A DNA stretch of 59,664 bases, the filler included, from Gonapodya sp. JEL0774 (lineage: Eukaryota), in NCBI GenBank assembly GCA_027604505.1. It is 10 parts of 10 records of this genome, joined end to end, with 100 filler letters (N's around TTAATTAATTAA, not from the genome) between each part and the next. Parts side by side here need not be neighbours in the genome. Positions count along the whole stretch, not along the records: positions 47,869 to 53,716 come from JADIIX010000660.1; positions 53,817 to 59,664 come from JADIIX010000661.1; 8 more parts are not named here. One strand, 5' to 3'. Shown piece by piece: positions 47,869 to 59,664 of this stretch. The first letter of the stretch is position 1, and each line of letters opens with the position of its first letter. The position numbers were made by a program, and so were the translations under genes. Under the pieces are notes generated by a model. It was not told the origin of the DNA, did not search any database, and saw nothing but the letters and a program-made list of their open reading frames with translations.

Positions 47869-49507
47869 TGAGACCGGTTCTCCAACATGAGCGAGCAACA
47901 GAAACACGCATCCGGACTCAAGAGTCAACTTTACTCGAACAATTAAGTCTGCTCACATTTTCGTCGTCTCATGATGGACCGCCGTTCTCAGCCATTCAAG
48001 TGCGCAAGCTCAGTTCAAGTTCACGTTTAGGGCCCCCTACCTGCAGATTTCTTCTCCAGCTCCACAGCCCACAAGCAAGTAAACATCAAAATCTTCCACC
48101 CGCACCCGGTGGAGAGGCAGGAGCTCAAAATCAAACGAAACATACTGTTTTTTTCGAGAGGAGAAAGTCCCACTGCGGTTCCTCATTCATTATGACACAA
48201 CGTCTAAGTATCACGATGGAGTGAGTATTACATACTCGTAACGTAAAAGGTTCCCCAGAGATCATTCCGCCCACATTGAATAACGAATACAAATTCTTCG
48301 GTGTCCTTTGTTCGCCCCCATCCTCGCACTCCATTCAGAGTGAGACCTATCTCCTCATGACCCTGCCATCCACTCACCAAATTGCATGTTCCGAGCTTCA
48401 CCACCTCATACTTTCGCACGTGGAGGGACACTCGAGGAGCATACGCTTGGGATCAGCGTCAGTGGCCATTCGAGGAGCTCGGCGTAGAACACAATAGGTG
48501 CAGACACAGCCCTCTGAAAGGCCATGGAGGAGCGTTTGTATCAATTTTGCTCGAGTTCGTATCCACCAGACTACCACATGATCGGGCAGCCTGGCTCAGT
48601 TATAGAGCGCATTGGAAATGTTCACCGCGCTCCGTTCAAGATTTTGACATAAGAGACCAACCCCCATGATGCCTGGAGACGCTGCCACCCTTTTTTTTCA
48701 GTGCTCGAAAGAGCGACAGACGCGTGGCACACCGGATCACATAGCAGCAAGAGCGATGGCAAATCGAAACGAACCAGGGATGTCCCGCCCAAGTTCACCA
48801 CAACTAGCACATGGTCAGCATCCTGAGAGTGCTGCTCCAGCTATGGCGCCCCTTCCACTGCCCGTTGCCATGTTGAAAGCCCTGATAAAGGCGCGCCAAA
48901 GCCCTGACGACTCCACCAGCGCTCTGAACAAGTCCAACTACCACTATCACCACACATCGCCAAACCATCCAGTAACGCACACGGAGATGTCACCTCGTCC
49001 AGCCAGGAGCTCACGCCGAAGAGCGGGCTCAACTGGGCGGTCGTGGATCGTCTGGCATGAGGACGGAAAGTTCAACGAGCGAGTTTCAGGGCCGTTCGAA
49101 GTCGGGAGAGCAGCAAAATAACAATCGTCATGGCGGCAAGCATCCAGTAACAAGTTCAAGAATGTCACAGTGGCGGTGGAAGGATTTTACTCAAGGATGG
49201 GTAACCAAATCCGATCCCTCCCGAGAGAAGGCCAGATTTGGTGCTGATCTTCGTCCGCCTTTTACGGCTGAGAGACATATGAATCTCCACGGATGTGCTA
49301 TGGGAGATTCGCCTCACAGTCAAGAATAATGACGTTTGGTGCGTATCATGTAGGAACAAGTAACTCAAGGAAGTTCCGATCCAAGCTCTTCATCCTTCAA
49401 ATCCGGTGTAATGTGCAAATTTACAAATCAGTCCATGCAATGACCGAGTCATCGAGTGTGCGTAATAGTTGATACGAAGCAAGTAGATCAAACGAATGCA
49501 ACCAGTC

Positions 49508-50363
49508 TCAAAAGCCGAGCCCGACCACACCCGCCTCCACAATCCTCCGCTTCTTTTCGGCGCATTTCTTGAGGTAAGCGTTCTGGTCGTCTGCGATGAA
49601 ACGAATAGCTTGCCTGGCGAGATCCCGAAGCGTTCCTTATCGTGTGTGATTCCGTTCGCCGGGTCCAATGCGCAGTCCGCGTCCCGAAGTCAGCAAGACA
49701 ATACCTTCACACGACAAGACAGTCACTTTTCACCAACTCACGGGCCTCTTCAAACACCCGTTCCAACTGTTCCCCCTCCCTTCGGTTCTCCAAGTCCAGC
49801 TCCCGTAGCTCCTCCAACTGTCTCTCCTCGGGCACACCCACATCAGGCAAGCTCTGTATATAGAGATCAATTGCGCGCCCGTGGAATGCGATGTCTCGCG
49901 CGAGCTCAGCGACGGACTTGGGCCGGTCGGAAGTGTTGGCTCCCGGTGGGGGAATTTGCGATGGAGCGGGCTGAGAGTCGGCAGGTAAGGGGATAGAATC
50001 TACAGGAAGAGGTTGTGCGTTGCGGCGTGCTTGGTCGTAGGCGATTTTGAGTGATATTGTGAGCTGTGGGAGTGATGCGATTACGTCCTCTTCAGTGTTG
50101 CGAACAGTCACGCCCCACTCCACCTCTAAAGCACAAATCACAATAGTCTCTTCATCATTTCCTTTGAACTTTCATCTGGTACTTACTTCCTCGACTTTGT
50201 CCTGAAGTTGTGTGAGTCGATCCATGTGACTCAAACTTTCCCTCAAGGATTGCGGTGGCAGCGTCACAGCTCCAAGAGAACTGCCGTCAGTACGTGGTGT
50301 ACGCGGCGTGCCAACAGCGAAACGAGGGGTCGCGGGGTCGGCAGCGGAATCGGTCAAAGACAT
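49508..50363 (-). CDS. MED21: Mediator subunit 21 (Srb7), multi-exon
   Basis: MDRLTQLQD; ELARDI...AIDLYIQSLP...EERQLEELRELDLENR; final exon IRFIADDQ. Start is 50363 or 50225. Confidence 0.88.
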
Positions 50364-50480
50364 AAACGATTCGACAAGAAAATGTGCAGCTGGGAGGTTG
50401 CCTGTACATAGCGTTCAGTTCATGTGATCCAAAACCACTACAGACAGTCAAATGTAACATTTCATGTCCACTACGCTGGT

Positions 50481-51667
50481 CTACCACTTTCCGATGTTGG
50501 GCATGCTTGCCCACGGCTCCTGTGGGGGGAGGTAGGCCTTGTTTCCGTTCAAAGTGCCCGCCTGGAGAATCTCGATCGAAATGTTGTCCGGAGAGCGGAC
50601 GAAAGCCTGAAAATTAGACAGTTTTGGGAGAGACAGTGAAAGGTGGCGACAATCTGATCTTGTTTCCGACCCACCATGCGTCCATCACGAGGGGGACGGT
50701 TGATGGTGACACCGGCGTCCATGAGCTTTTGGCAGTACTCGTAGATATTGGGGACCCTGTTCAACATCACGAAGGGGGAGTCAGGATATCGTCGCAAGTT
50801 GATGGCGGCCCGTAATAGAGACCCCATCGCAGAAACGGCACACGAATGTCATTTGAAGGAGGTGCACGACGACTCACTCAAAGCACAAGTGCCCGAAGTT
50901 TCGACCTTCGGTGTAAACTTCGGCTTCCGGGTCCGGGTCTGAAGAGGAGTTGTAATGCAAGGTAGATTCAGCATGTTCCCCCAAACAGTACGCCATATCC
51001 TGCGTTCAGCTCACAGTTGTATGTCAGCTCGATTTGAACGTCCTCCTGTCCTTCGGCTGCATACGCGAGAGGAAAGGAGGATCGTTCATAAAGTGCTGCA
51101 GACGCTCTAGAACGGTTCGTGTTTGCGATCGACAAAGCTCACGAGCAAGGAAAAGAAGGTCAAACTTGTACTGAGGGCTGGATTATGTTCGGATGTGCAA
51201 TGAGTGCCCGCTTTTGGTGTACTTCGACTAGCAAGGAACTCACTTCTTGACTTCACGAATAAGCTTCAAGCCAATCTTGTTGACATAGAAATCTTTTCGG
51301 AATCTGAGATCATGATGGCGATCACTCAAAGTGCGGAGTTTCATAAATACCAAGAGATTTCTCCTTGTCAGCAACACGGACCACTTTATGCCGATTGGAA
51401 TGTCGTAATGCAGGGTGGAAAGCATCAGCCGACACAAAAGAGAGTGAGATTAGTCAGTACCACATCTCTAGTCCTTTCGAAGTGGGCTGTGTGTCCGTAT
51501 TCACTAGTGTGGAGAAAGCGGATCTTAGGGGTTTCGCTCGACATTTCGATTTCGGGAGCTTTTAAACTCGAGGCAGGAGCAGAAGTAGAAACGGACGCTG
51601 TTAGACTTTGCGTGAGCGGTGATGGCGCAGGTCTCAAGTGAGAGAGCAGTGAACGAGTTCGGAGCAT
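50481..51667 (-). CDS. gloA: Bacterial-type single-domain lactoylglutathione lyase (glyoxalase I/VOC), many introns, putative mitochondrial presequence
   Basis: Exons RFLHT / [10 protein letters not shown] / [10 protein letters not shown] / YKFDLLFLA / IELTYN / [12 protein letters not shown] / [27 protein letters not shown] / [15 protein letters not shown]...[12 protein letters not shown]. Confidence 0.88.
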
Positions 51668-52461
51668 GTGGGCTTCATGGGCCTGCACATTCATTAGGTG
51701 CAGTTCAGTATACTCCTCATCTACTTACAAGAGCACCAATTTGCAGCTTACGCGTATCGAGGATGCCTGAACTCTCCATCTCAGTTGTGGCGTTGGCTCT
51801 TAGCCTCTTCCCGTTCCTCGCTGATAGGCCCGGAGCGCTTTGTGGGTGTGGCCCGAGCGACTCGAGTGCCACTTCAATGCCAGCCGGGTAATGCTAAGTC
51901 AACCTTACTTCTCCCGACGTGCCAACTGTTACAGAGCACGGTTTGAAGTCGTGGGCGAAGGGGTTGGAGAGTGATGACGGCTGGAACCCGAATCTACTGA
52001 GCTGCATATGCGGTTCCAAATGACACTCTCAGAGAGGGCGTTAGTAAGTTGGCTGGACATTAGTATGAGTCTAGATGCGAGTAGAGAGCAGCTAGACGTC
52101 TATTTAGGGGTGCCATGGCGAGCGGTGTCCCCGTCGCGCACCGTGGAAACGTTTCCTCAGTCTCTGATTGAAGAACGGCTAAAGGCTCGCCAGTACTTGT
52201 ACGTAGAGATATAAGCTAATAAAGAGTCAATTTGCATCATGGCACGATATTCTCTGGCATTACTATCCTCATAGATGTCACACCTGAACATTAACGGAGC
52301 CTTCCACCGGCGTTTACCGGAGTCTCTCTCGACTTGTTCACTCATATATTCGCATTTCCAAACAAAAATTCAAGCTAGCCGCTCGAAGTTCCGAATGGAG
52401 TTTCTCGTCTTGGAAGAGTGAACATGTCGGCATCTTTCTCGAAACACTCCTCCGATTAGAA

Positions 52462-53716
52462 ATGTCCAGTCATGCTCCGCATGAGGGATACAGAGACTTC
52501 GAAGAATCTTGGATCTCCGATGCTACGTCCACCGGAGCTTTTCACATGCAACCATTTGCTAATGCTCTGAACTCTCCTTCGTCGACTTCACCTTCCACCA
52601 CGAACCCCGGCGGGTCCGTGGATTCCCGAGGGGTCCGGATCGCTCCATCCATCCCAACTGACTTGCAAAGAGCGTATTATAGCAGACAGAGTGGGTCGCT
52701 GGATCAGCAGTACGGTGGGTTGAGGTTAAAGCAGACTTCATGTTGCACATCCTTTGAGGAACAGCAGGGTGTTCTCGGACGTTTTGGTCGGAACTCGTCT
52801 TTCAAGCGATTATAGAACATGATGCGTACGACGGGAAGGCATGCGACAATCTTCGGCGCGGTTCTTGCTGCAGAGAGGCCCTCTTTCCACATACCACGTC
52901 TTCCGAGTCTGAAACTTATCATTCGACCATGTCTATTCCTTTCTTTTTGCTCAAACTAGAATGCTCCTCGCACTCTGGCCATGACACTGGGTGGCATTCA
53001 ACCACTTGTACTCAGTTGCGGGGCGAACTGAATCACTAACCACATCTGTTCAGCCCCGTCGTACACCGATCCCTCCTATCAATACTATACATCCTCCGCC
53101 GCCTATAGTCCATATGCCGTGTCTCCTACGAACCCATACGAAGGGTTCCCGACCGGAGATCGTGGCTACTTCGGACAGCCATCGGGGTATTCCTCTCCTT
53201 ACGCAGTGTACGCAGTGCCCGCTGCAACTATGGGTGATCCATATGGATACTCACAATGCCCGGCTGAAGACGGGATACACGTGACTGGATACACCGCTCC
53301 CACTGCATCACCCCAGTATCTCAATACGGATGCACACGAGTTCGTGCCGACTGCACTGCCCGCCACAACTTACAATTATGGACCTACTCGGCCTACACAT
53401 GCAGGAGATCCGGGTAGTGCCAGTAGATTCAGGGGAAGAGGAAGTTCTGGTTGGCAGACGTGGAGGCCACACAACCCGCAAGCCGCTCCACCGCAACAAT
53501 CGTCCTCTGGTGGCACTGCCAGGTCCAATACGTCGGGCTCAAATGTCCATCTGGGAACTGGAGTTGGCATTCGTGGACGTGGTTTCGCAATGCGAGGAGC
53601 TCGACCTCCAGCCTTAGGTTCAAGATTTTCATCCGGTGGAATCACACCGCGTCACGATTTTACCAAGCATCACTCTCTTCCTCCCAAACCCTCATCAACA
53701 TCGATGATCCAAGGGA
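52462..53716 (+). CDS. Low-complexity Pro/Gly/Tyr- and RG-rich hypothetical protein, 3' truncated
   Basis: ORFs 52462-52815 and 53119 to contig end with intron-like gaps; no recognisable domain. Confidence 0.4.
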
Positions 53717-53816
53717 NNNNNNNNNNNNNNNNNNNNNNNNNNNNNNNNNNNNNNNNNNNNTTAATTAATTAANNNNNNNNNNNNNNNNNNNNNNNNNNNN
53801 NNNNNNNNNNNNNNNN
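53717..53816. other. Artificial contig spacer
   Basis: N44-TTAATTAATTAA-N44. Confidence 0.99.
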
Positions 53817-54513
53817 GGAACGGGCGGAACCACCTTTTTCGAGGTATGTATTGAATGAGCGGACGGTTTGTGGGGGAAAAGGGAAAATGCGAGGTGGGAA
53901 TATGTATGGAGACGTACCGATTTGGGGGAGGAGAAGGTCTATACCGAACGGGGCGGAGTCGTCCTTGAGGAGGGGTTTGAGACGGCTGATGTAGGTTCGG
54001 AGTGCCTGATGATAAAACGAAAGGAAGAATTGAGTATTGGATGAGTTGGCGATTCCTCACAATGCGTGGGTGCGCTTCTTGGATTTTGATTCCGATGGTC
54101 GCGACGCGCGGAACACGACAGATTGCAACAGGAGACCGGCTATCCTTCGATCACGACGCAACATGCGGGTTGGCAAAAAAGACATCCCCGAATGTAAAGC
54201 ACTCGTTGCATTTGATGGGAGCAGCCATCCTGAGCGAACCAATACCCCTTGTCGCTCTGCTTCCGAAGCTCCACTTGTTCTGCCACACAGCTAACCTCGC
54301 CTCCATCCCACCCGGCCCCCCTCCCTTCCATCAACCCACCTCGGGCGACATCGAGTGTCCCCCAAACACCCCCAACCCCCCCGCGTTCGTCACCGCGGAC
54401 ACGATCTCCGGCCCGGTTCTCCCGGTGCCCATGCCGGCAAGAAGCACGGGATATTGAATCCCCAGAAGACGGCATATGGGGGTAGAGAGCGTTACGGGAG
54501 GTGGGGATGCCAT
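53817..54513 (-). CDS. Nitronate monooxygenase / 2-nitropropane dioxygenase family, 3' truncated
   Basis: TPICRLLGIQYPVLLAGMG...VSAVTNAGGLGVFGG; second exon LKDDSAPFGIDLLLPQIG. Confidence 0.9.
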
Positions 54514-55099
54514 TATGTGCAGAAACAAATGGGTGGAACGAGGTTTCGGGAATGGGGCAGCCGAAGTGGGAGTCCGTGCGCACAGCTACTTAGTGCCATG
54601 TTCCTTGTGGATCGAGTGGTGGGCGTTCCGTATCCTGCGGCGTTTTCCTCGTTGTTTCGGACGTTGTTTTTCTAGCGGTTGCTCTCTCTTTGGAACTGGA
54701 TCTCTTTTGTCCAAGTGGGCACTCAGCGAACCTGCAGACTCAGCTGTCTCTCTGCTCCAGTGGCTCGTCCTTGAAAGCACTCCGGACGCCGCCCGTAGTA
54801 CGCCTGTGAAAATCATCCACAGTTCTCGCCCCCAATGAGAACTATCGAAGCCCGCCCATACAACCTCCTCGACATAATCGGCGACGACTCTCTTCTCGGG
54901 TACGACCACCCCAGCGGGAGCAACTGGACGTGATGTGTCCGGACGAGATCCTGCAGGTCACCACACGGTCTTCAAAACCCCCGCCCGCTCGGCACCGTGA
55001 TGTACCTCCTGGACCAACTCAGCAACATTGTTGGAGGGAACAGAGACCAGCACGCCATGTTACCGACGGAAGCGCACTGGCGGCATGTGCTCAACACGG

Positions 55100-55474
55100 T
55101 ACTGTCCCACGGACCTTGTTCGCTGACCTCACGAGGATAAGATTTCCGGAGGGTGGAGGGCCAGAGACGTACAATAGTCTGGTTGGGAACAACACTGTGT
55201 GGTACCGGACGCGGGACTCTAGGACGGCACGCAAGGCGCTATTGCGATTGGTGTTTCAGGCGGTGCCACCGTCGTTGGACCTTTTCGCCGGAGAGGTGGA
55301 ACGACGCCACGGGAAGAAGCCTGAGGCGCCGAACTACTATGTCACTTCACGTGGAAGATTTCGGGATTGAAAAAGCGTAGGAGGTGTCAGATGGCAAAGT
55401 GCTGCTCGGAGGAGTGTCAGAAGAAGCACTGGAAGGGACACAAGTTGGTGTGTAAGGAGACCCCGCCGAGCTAG
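55100..55474 (+). pseudogene. Degenerate MYND zinc-finger gene remnant
   Basis: LKKRRRCQMAKCCSEECQKKHWKGHKLVC* resembles MYND with some ligands lost; TGA in the same frame just upstream (~55322). Confidence 0.6.
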
Positions 55475-56123
55475 CGGAAGACTACATATTCGTCGCTTTC
55501 AGATAGAAGAGCGCAGACAAATACTCGAGTGTAATTTATTAACAACTACAGACTCACCCCCGAATGTGCGAATGCACGATCGCAGTTGGAACCTAGGACT
55601 TTTGTATGGACTCTGCAGTTCTAAAAGTGATGAGTCGGATCGTCAAGGTCAAAACGTTTACCTGTTCTAGTGTACCCAACCAGAGGTGTGCGACAACAAA
55701 GAAGCTTCAATTCATTTCCCCTCACGCTGCCATCTATTCATCATGTTTTCGCGCATTCTCTTCTTCGTGGCAACGGCATAACTACCCAGCACGACAACCC
55801 TCCGGCCGTCTATCGTAGTGGTGGTCTCGGAGGACGAAGGTACGGTGATGCCACATGCGGCTGTGATGCTCCGGATGGTGGGGTCCTTGGGTACGGGGAA
55901 CTGGAAGAGTCGATTGTTGAACACCGTGTTGTAACACTTTTCGTTCCTCTGGGTGCAGTGCAGGTCGAACTACTAGAGCTCTTCATTTACGCCGCTTCCA
56001 TCCATAATTACATTAGCGTATCAATATCCTTAAGGATAAGCTTCACGTTCCGGTGACGTAAAGTCTTAAGTTTCCAAGTCATTCTCCGCATGTATGTATC
56101 ATGGTGCAGCCACCAAATCACGT

Positions 56124-56809
56124 TCACAGCTTCCCCGCCTTCTTCAGCTCTTTGCGCGTAGCCACAACCAGCGCGGTATACTTATCGATCGTAATTTGGT
56201 CCATGTACTGTACGGAGCGGAACAGGTGAGGAGAAAGCGTGAGGACGGTTGCACATGGAACTCACCTCGCGAAGTTGGGTGATACGGGTCGCATCCGAGT
56301 TTACGGTGCAGATAATGCAGGCGGGGAGGCGAAGAGTGGGACCGGAGAGCTGTAGGAGTAGAATTCAGACTTTTAATTTCAAATTTCAACAACCGTCGGA
56401 AGATCCCGAATGTCGCCACATCTCCCACCGCCACACGTCCCTACATCTCAGCAAAAAGCAACTCACCGACTTGGCCACCAGTACATGTTCCTGAATAAAT
56501 CCCCTTGTGCCGTCTTTCCTCTCGAACGTGGACACGACGCGGTTGTTGTACGCGCGAGAGGACGTCGTCTTTATCAGCCCGAGGAGGGTGACGACGTTTT
56601 CGTCAACGGATTGAAAGATGAGGTCGGTGTTGTGCCTGTGATTTTTGGCAGCGGTGTGAGTTGTTCTATGCAGGTGAGGGATCGACGGAAGCGGGAACCT
56701 ACCAAATCTTCGCATCCGGGGCATAGCACTCCCTCACAGCCGGAACATCCCCACGAGTAATCGCGCCGACAAATTTTTCGGCGAGGGCGAGGATTTGTTC
56801 GGACGACAT
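56124..56809 (-). CDS. SnoaL/NTF2-like (ketosteroid isomerase fold) protein, 4 exons, C-terminal -GKL
   Basis: FVGAITRGDVPAVRECYAPDAKIW|HNTD...ENVVTL...GFIQEHVL|...LPACIICTV...RITQLRE|YMD...KKAGKL*. Confidence 0.82.
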
Positions 56810-57592
56810 GAATTCATGGTTGGATTGGTGCGCGGCTGCTTTCCAGCCGATACAAAGTACGTGGCATGTGGCGGGTTGGACCGGGCGAACCACAAAAGTC
56901 AAAGGCGGGCGGGCATTGAACGTGGCTCGGACAACGGCGGAGTCGAAACATATGGTGCAGCAAGGTGAGTTGTATCGACGGCGTTCTCCGACCGTCTATT
57001 CTCCAATCGCTGCCCACGTCACGTTCCTCCTGCAGTCCGTCGGATTTCTCGCTCAGCACAGCGTTCAGAATCCACTTCTCGGTACATCGACTCTGCATCT
57101 GCGACCCCGCGCGACTGTATCGTCGGACTGGTGGTTTGCGAATCCCGAATTGGCGATTCCCATGCTAGCGCTGCACGGGCCACCGGGCGACCCTGCTTTG
57201 CTGGGCTAAATTGCAAGCCCACGGGGGGACATATGTACAAAAGAAATGCGATAATAATTATTTATTATTTATCACCCACGAAATCTCCCTGATCTGCATT
57301 TCGTGAAATTTCGTGACGCATGGTGATGGAATCCCATTGCTGAGGCCACCTTGAGTCATGTTTGGTGTGCGCCAGCCACACACCTGAGCGAGACCCGTCC
57401 ACCACGCACGCTCGCTTCTCATAAAAGGTCTCCTCTTCGTATATCCAGAGCAGCATGTCAGACAAAAAGTTCCAATCTACCGCATCTGGTCCTTTCGAGA
57501 TGAAACCATCGCCCGAAAACTCTGAAAAATTCCAATCTGACTGCACACCGCGCCAATCGTCAACACATCATGTGGGCGTATTCTCGTCCACG

Positions 57593-58894
57593 ATGGGCGG
57601 TCTTGATCTCTCCACTCTCTTGACTGCCCTCGTCATCGCGAGTCTGGCTCTTCACATTCCGACGTACATGTGGAGATCAGATGTTTCCCTCGAGTCTGCA
57701 CGGCCACCGGGAACGACCCGAGTCTCACCATGGTCTCATCCAGGAGCCACAACATCACAATCCCCCGGCGTCACATCCCTCACCACCACCAAGCGATATG
57801 GCGATCCCGCGGACTCGTTGCTCGGGGATCCTTTCGACGGCACCGGGGACTACGTCTGTCATACGTCGTTCACCAGCGTCAGGATCGTCAACAGGGACCC
57901 CTTGATCATGTACATCGAGGGGTTCCTGAGAAAGGGGGAACCAGAGTGGATCATGGCGATGGCGTGAGTTGATGTGGACACTGCAGCGTTTCCTACTATA
58001 CCACCGAGACAGTTGCAGTTGGCTGATCAGACCGACCAACTGCCACTCCCACCGCTTCTCCCATCATCAGCGACCCAATGCTCTCCCGCTCCTCCGTCGT
58101 CGACGTCGACGACGAACCCCGGGAGAAGCGCAACTTCTCCTCCGAATTCCGCACCTCGTCCACCGCGTTCCTCCCTCGGGCTGGCGACCCCATCCTCCGG
58201 TGCATCGAGGCCCGCGCTGCGACGCTCACGGGTGTGCCTGTGAAAAACACAGAGGGACTGCAAGTGACGTACTATCGAGAGGGACAGTATTACAAGCCGC
58301 ACTGGGACTACTTTCCCAGGGAGTTCGCCAGCATGGGCGAGCAGTTGAAGAGGGGTGGACAGGTGAGTTTTTTCTCGCTCCTTGTTTTTTTACGTCCCAT
58401 CCTCTTCGTCACGTGGCCCTGGCCCCCGCTGAATCATCTGCATCATCGCCGACCCGTCGCGCGCCCAGCGAGTCACCACCACCTTCGCCTACCTCAACAC
58501 CGTGCCCCTCCCGTCCACGCTCACGAGCGCTCCCAACACCCTCTTCCCACCCTCCTACACCCCACCCGACACACCATCGACACCCGGCAAACCCGAGCTC
58601 GTCGGAGCAGGCTCGACGCAGTTTCCCGACCTTGGGGTGGAAGTGTTTCCCGTGAAAGGCGCGGCAGCGGTGTGGTGGGATGTGGATCTCAAGGGGCAGG
58701 ACGATCCAAGGTGAGCATACATATTTCCACCGGCACATCCGATATATACTTCGATAAACTTGGTGAGGATTCACAAAGAACGACGGTGTATTTATATATA
58801 TATTTTTTGTAGGACCTTGCACGCGGGAACTCCACCGCTGTACGGGGAAAAGTGGGGGTTGAATATTTGGCAGAGGGAGATGGAGTTTGAGTGA
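57593..58894 (+). CDS. Prolyl 4-hydroxylase alpha-like 2OG-Fe(II) oxygenase with N-terminal membrane anchor
   Basis: DPLIMYIEGFL, RTSSTAFL, EGLQVTYYREGQYYKPHWDYF (HxD), GGQRVTTTFAYLN, TLHAGTP...GEKW. Confidence 0.92.
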
Positions 58895-59664
58895 TATTTC
58901 GTGCGGGCGGGCGGGACGGAGATGATCGGCAGGTCCGGTCCATGGGTAATGTCATGTGTGACTATTTATGTATTCGAATAATAATGAGCACGAGAGTGTA
59001 CGCGTATAACGCGGTGCTTGTGCCGTCTGCAGGTGCCATTGTTGATTCTGCTATAGCGACAGGACAGACAGTTCCACTCGATTCTTTTCAGAGTCACCGT
59101 TTAGCAACAAATGCATGTTGTTCTTCGATGTGTGGTTAACCCAGGGAAGGTCGGTTCCATCTCACGGTGCTGGTGCATGACAACATGGATTGAACATGAT
59201 GACAGTCACAGCAGGCAGGCGCAGGCACCCAACATCGCGAAACTCTCAGGGGATCCCCAACCACTTCCCCTCGTCACCGCCATCCCGGGCGCCCATCCGC
59301 CTTCCAAATTGGAGCCTGTGGATTCTCTACGCAGCGATGGTGGGCGGGGGTCGCGAGTGTCCGTGGTGCCGAATCGCGTTGTTTTGATGCCCCCACATTC
59401 CCACCACCCTCGATTCCCCCTCCTCCCCTCCTCCCTCGCACCCCACAAGACATCTGCGCCTCCACCACCCGATCTCCGCCACCCGTACCCTCTGCACTCT
59501 CCTCCTTCCTCCTCACCCCAACCGCTCGTCCCGCCCGCCGACCCTTCGGACTCCATGGCCACTTCGAGCCAACCCCCACCAGCCGCAACCGCCACATGGA
59601 CATCATCGCTCGACCGCACCGTTTCCAAACTCAAGGTACAGACCGGCAACGCCGCCGCCCCCAT

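Noticed and set aside
47869..49330. ORF 48666-49121 and nearby short ORFs
   Set aside because: No recognisable domain or consistent exon chain, so no call can be supported.
5914..53816. Regularly spaced TTAATTAATTAA palindrome about every 5.95 kb, and apparent gene neighbourhoods across it
   Set aside because: It is always flanked by 44 Ns on each side and the segments are sorted by length, so it is a concatenation linker. No synteny can be inferred across it, and ORFs containing X runs are artefacts.
55712..56005. Minus-strand reading MDGSGVNEEL**FDLHC...RWQREGK
   Set aside because: Interrupted by two stops and unrecognisable; at most a gene relic.
59206..59664. Gly-rich minus-strand ORFs at the window end
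   Set aside because: Probably the antisense of a C-rich region. A plus-strand start near 59554 (MATSSQPPP...) is equally plausible and too short to call.
1..59664. tRNA/rRNA genes and Fanzor/TnpB-type nucleases
   Set aside because: No cloverleaf, rRNA-like segment or RuvC motif set was recognised by eye. A covariance-model or HMM scan is needed to exclude them.

Overview
This is not one locus. It is ten unrelated ~5.85-5.91 kb contigs in decreasing size order, joined by artificial 100-bp spacers (N44-TTAATTAATTAA-N44). The DNA is intron-rich and eukaryotic. The gene content (GRP94, TKL kinase, Sel1 repeats, RNI-like LRRs, 'GADPNAxKRVTL' ankyrin-like start) suggests a zoosporic, early-diverging fungus, possibly Gonapodya-like; this is inference only. 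Recognisable genes: BTB protein, syntaxin, CHK1, TKL kinase, SDR, Nudix DDP1, zinc-finger protein, EFM3/EEF2KMT, DYRK2-class kinase, Agd3-like deacetylase, GRP94, AIP1, MED21, glyoxalase I, nitronate monooxygenase, SnoaL/NTF2 protein and prolyl 4-hydroxylase. Most notable: (1) a Kolobok-like transposase C-terminus convergent with a KolX/P2X7-ballast-like ORF, preceded by tandem Cys3His fingers; (2) a one-exon-per-LRR array with near-identical introns and variation at exposed LxxLxL positions; (3) two intron-containing bacterial-type genes (proteobacterial-type glyoxalase I with a mitochondrial-like leader; SnoaL-like protein ending -GKL); (4) a decayed PHD + coiled-coil + two USP-like protease locus in CpG-poor DNA; (5) frequent AAG 3' splice sites. 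Exon boundaries were placed by eye and are approximate; family calls rest on recalled motifs, not searches.
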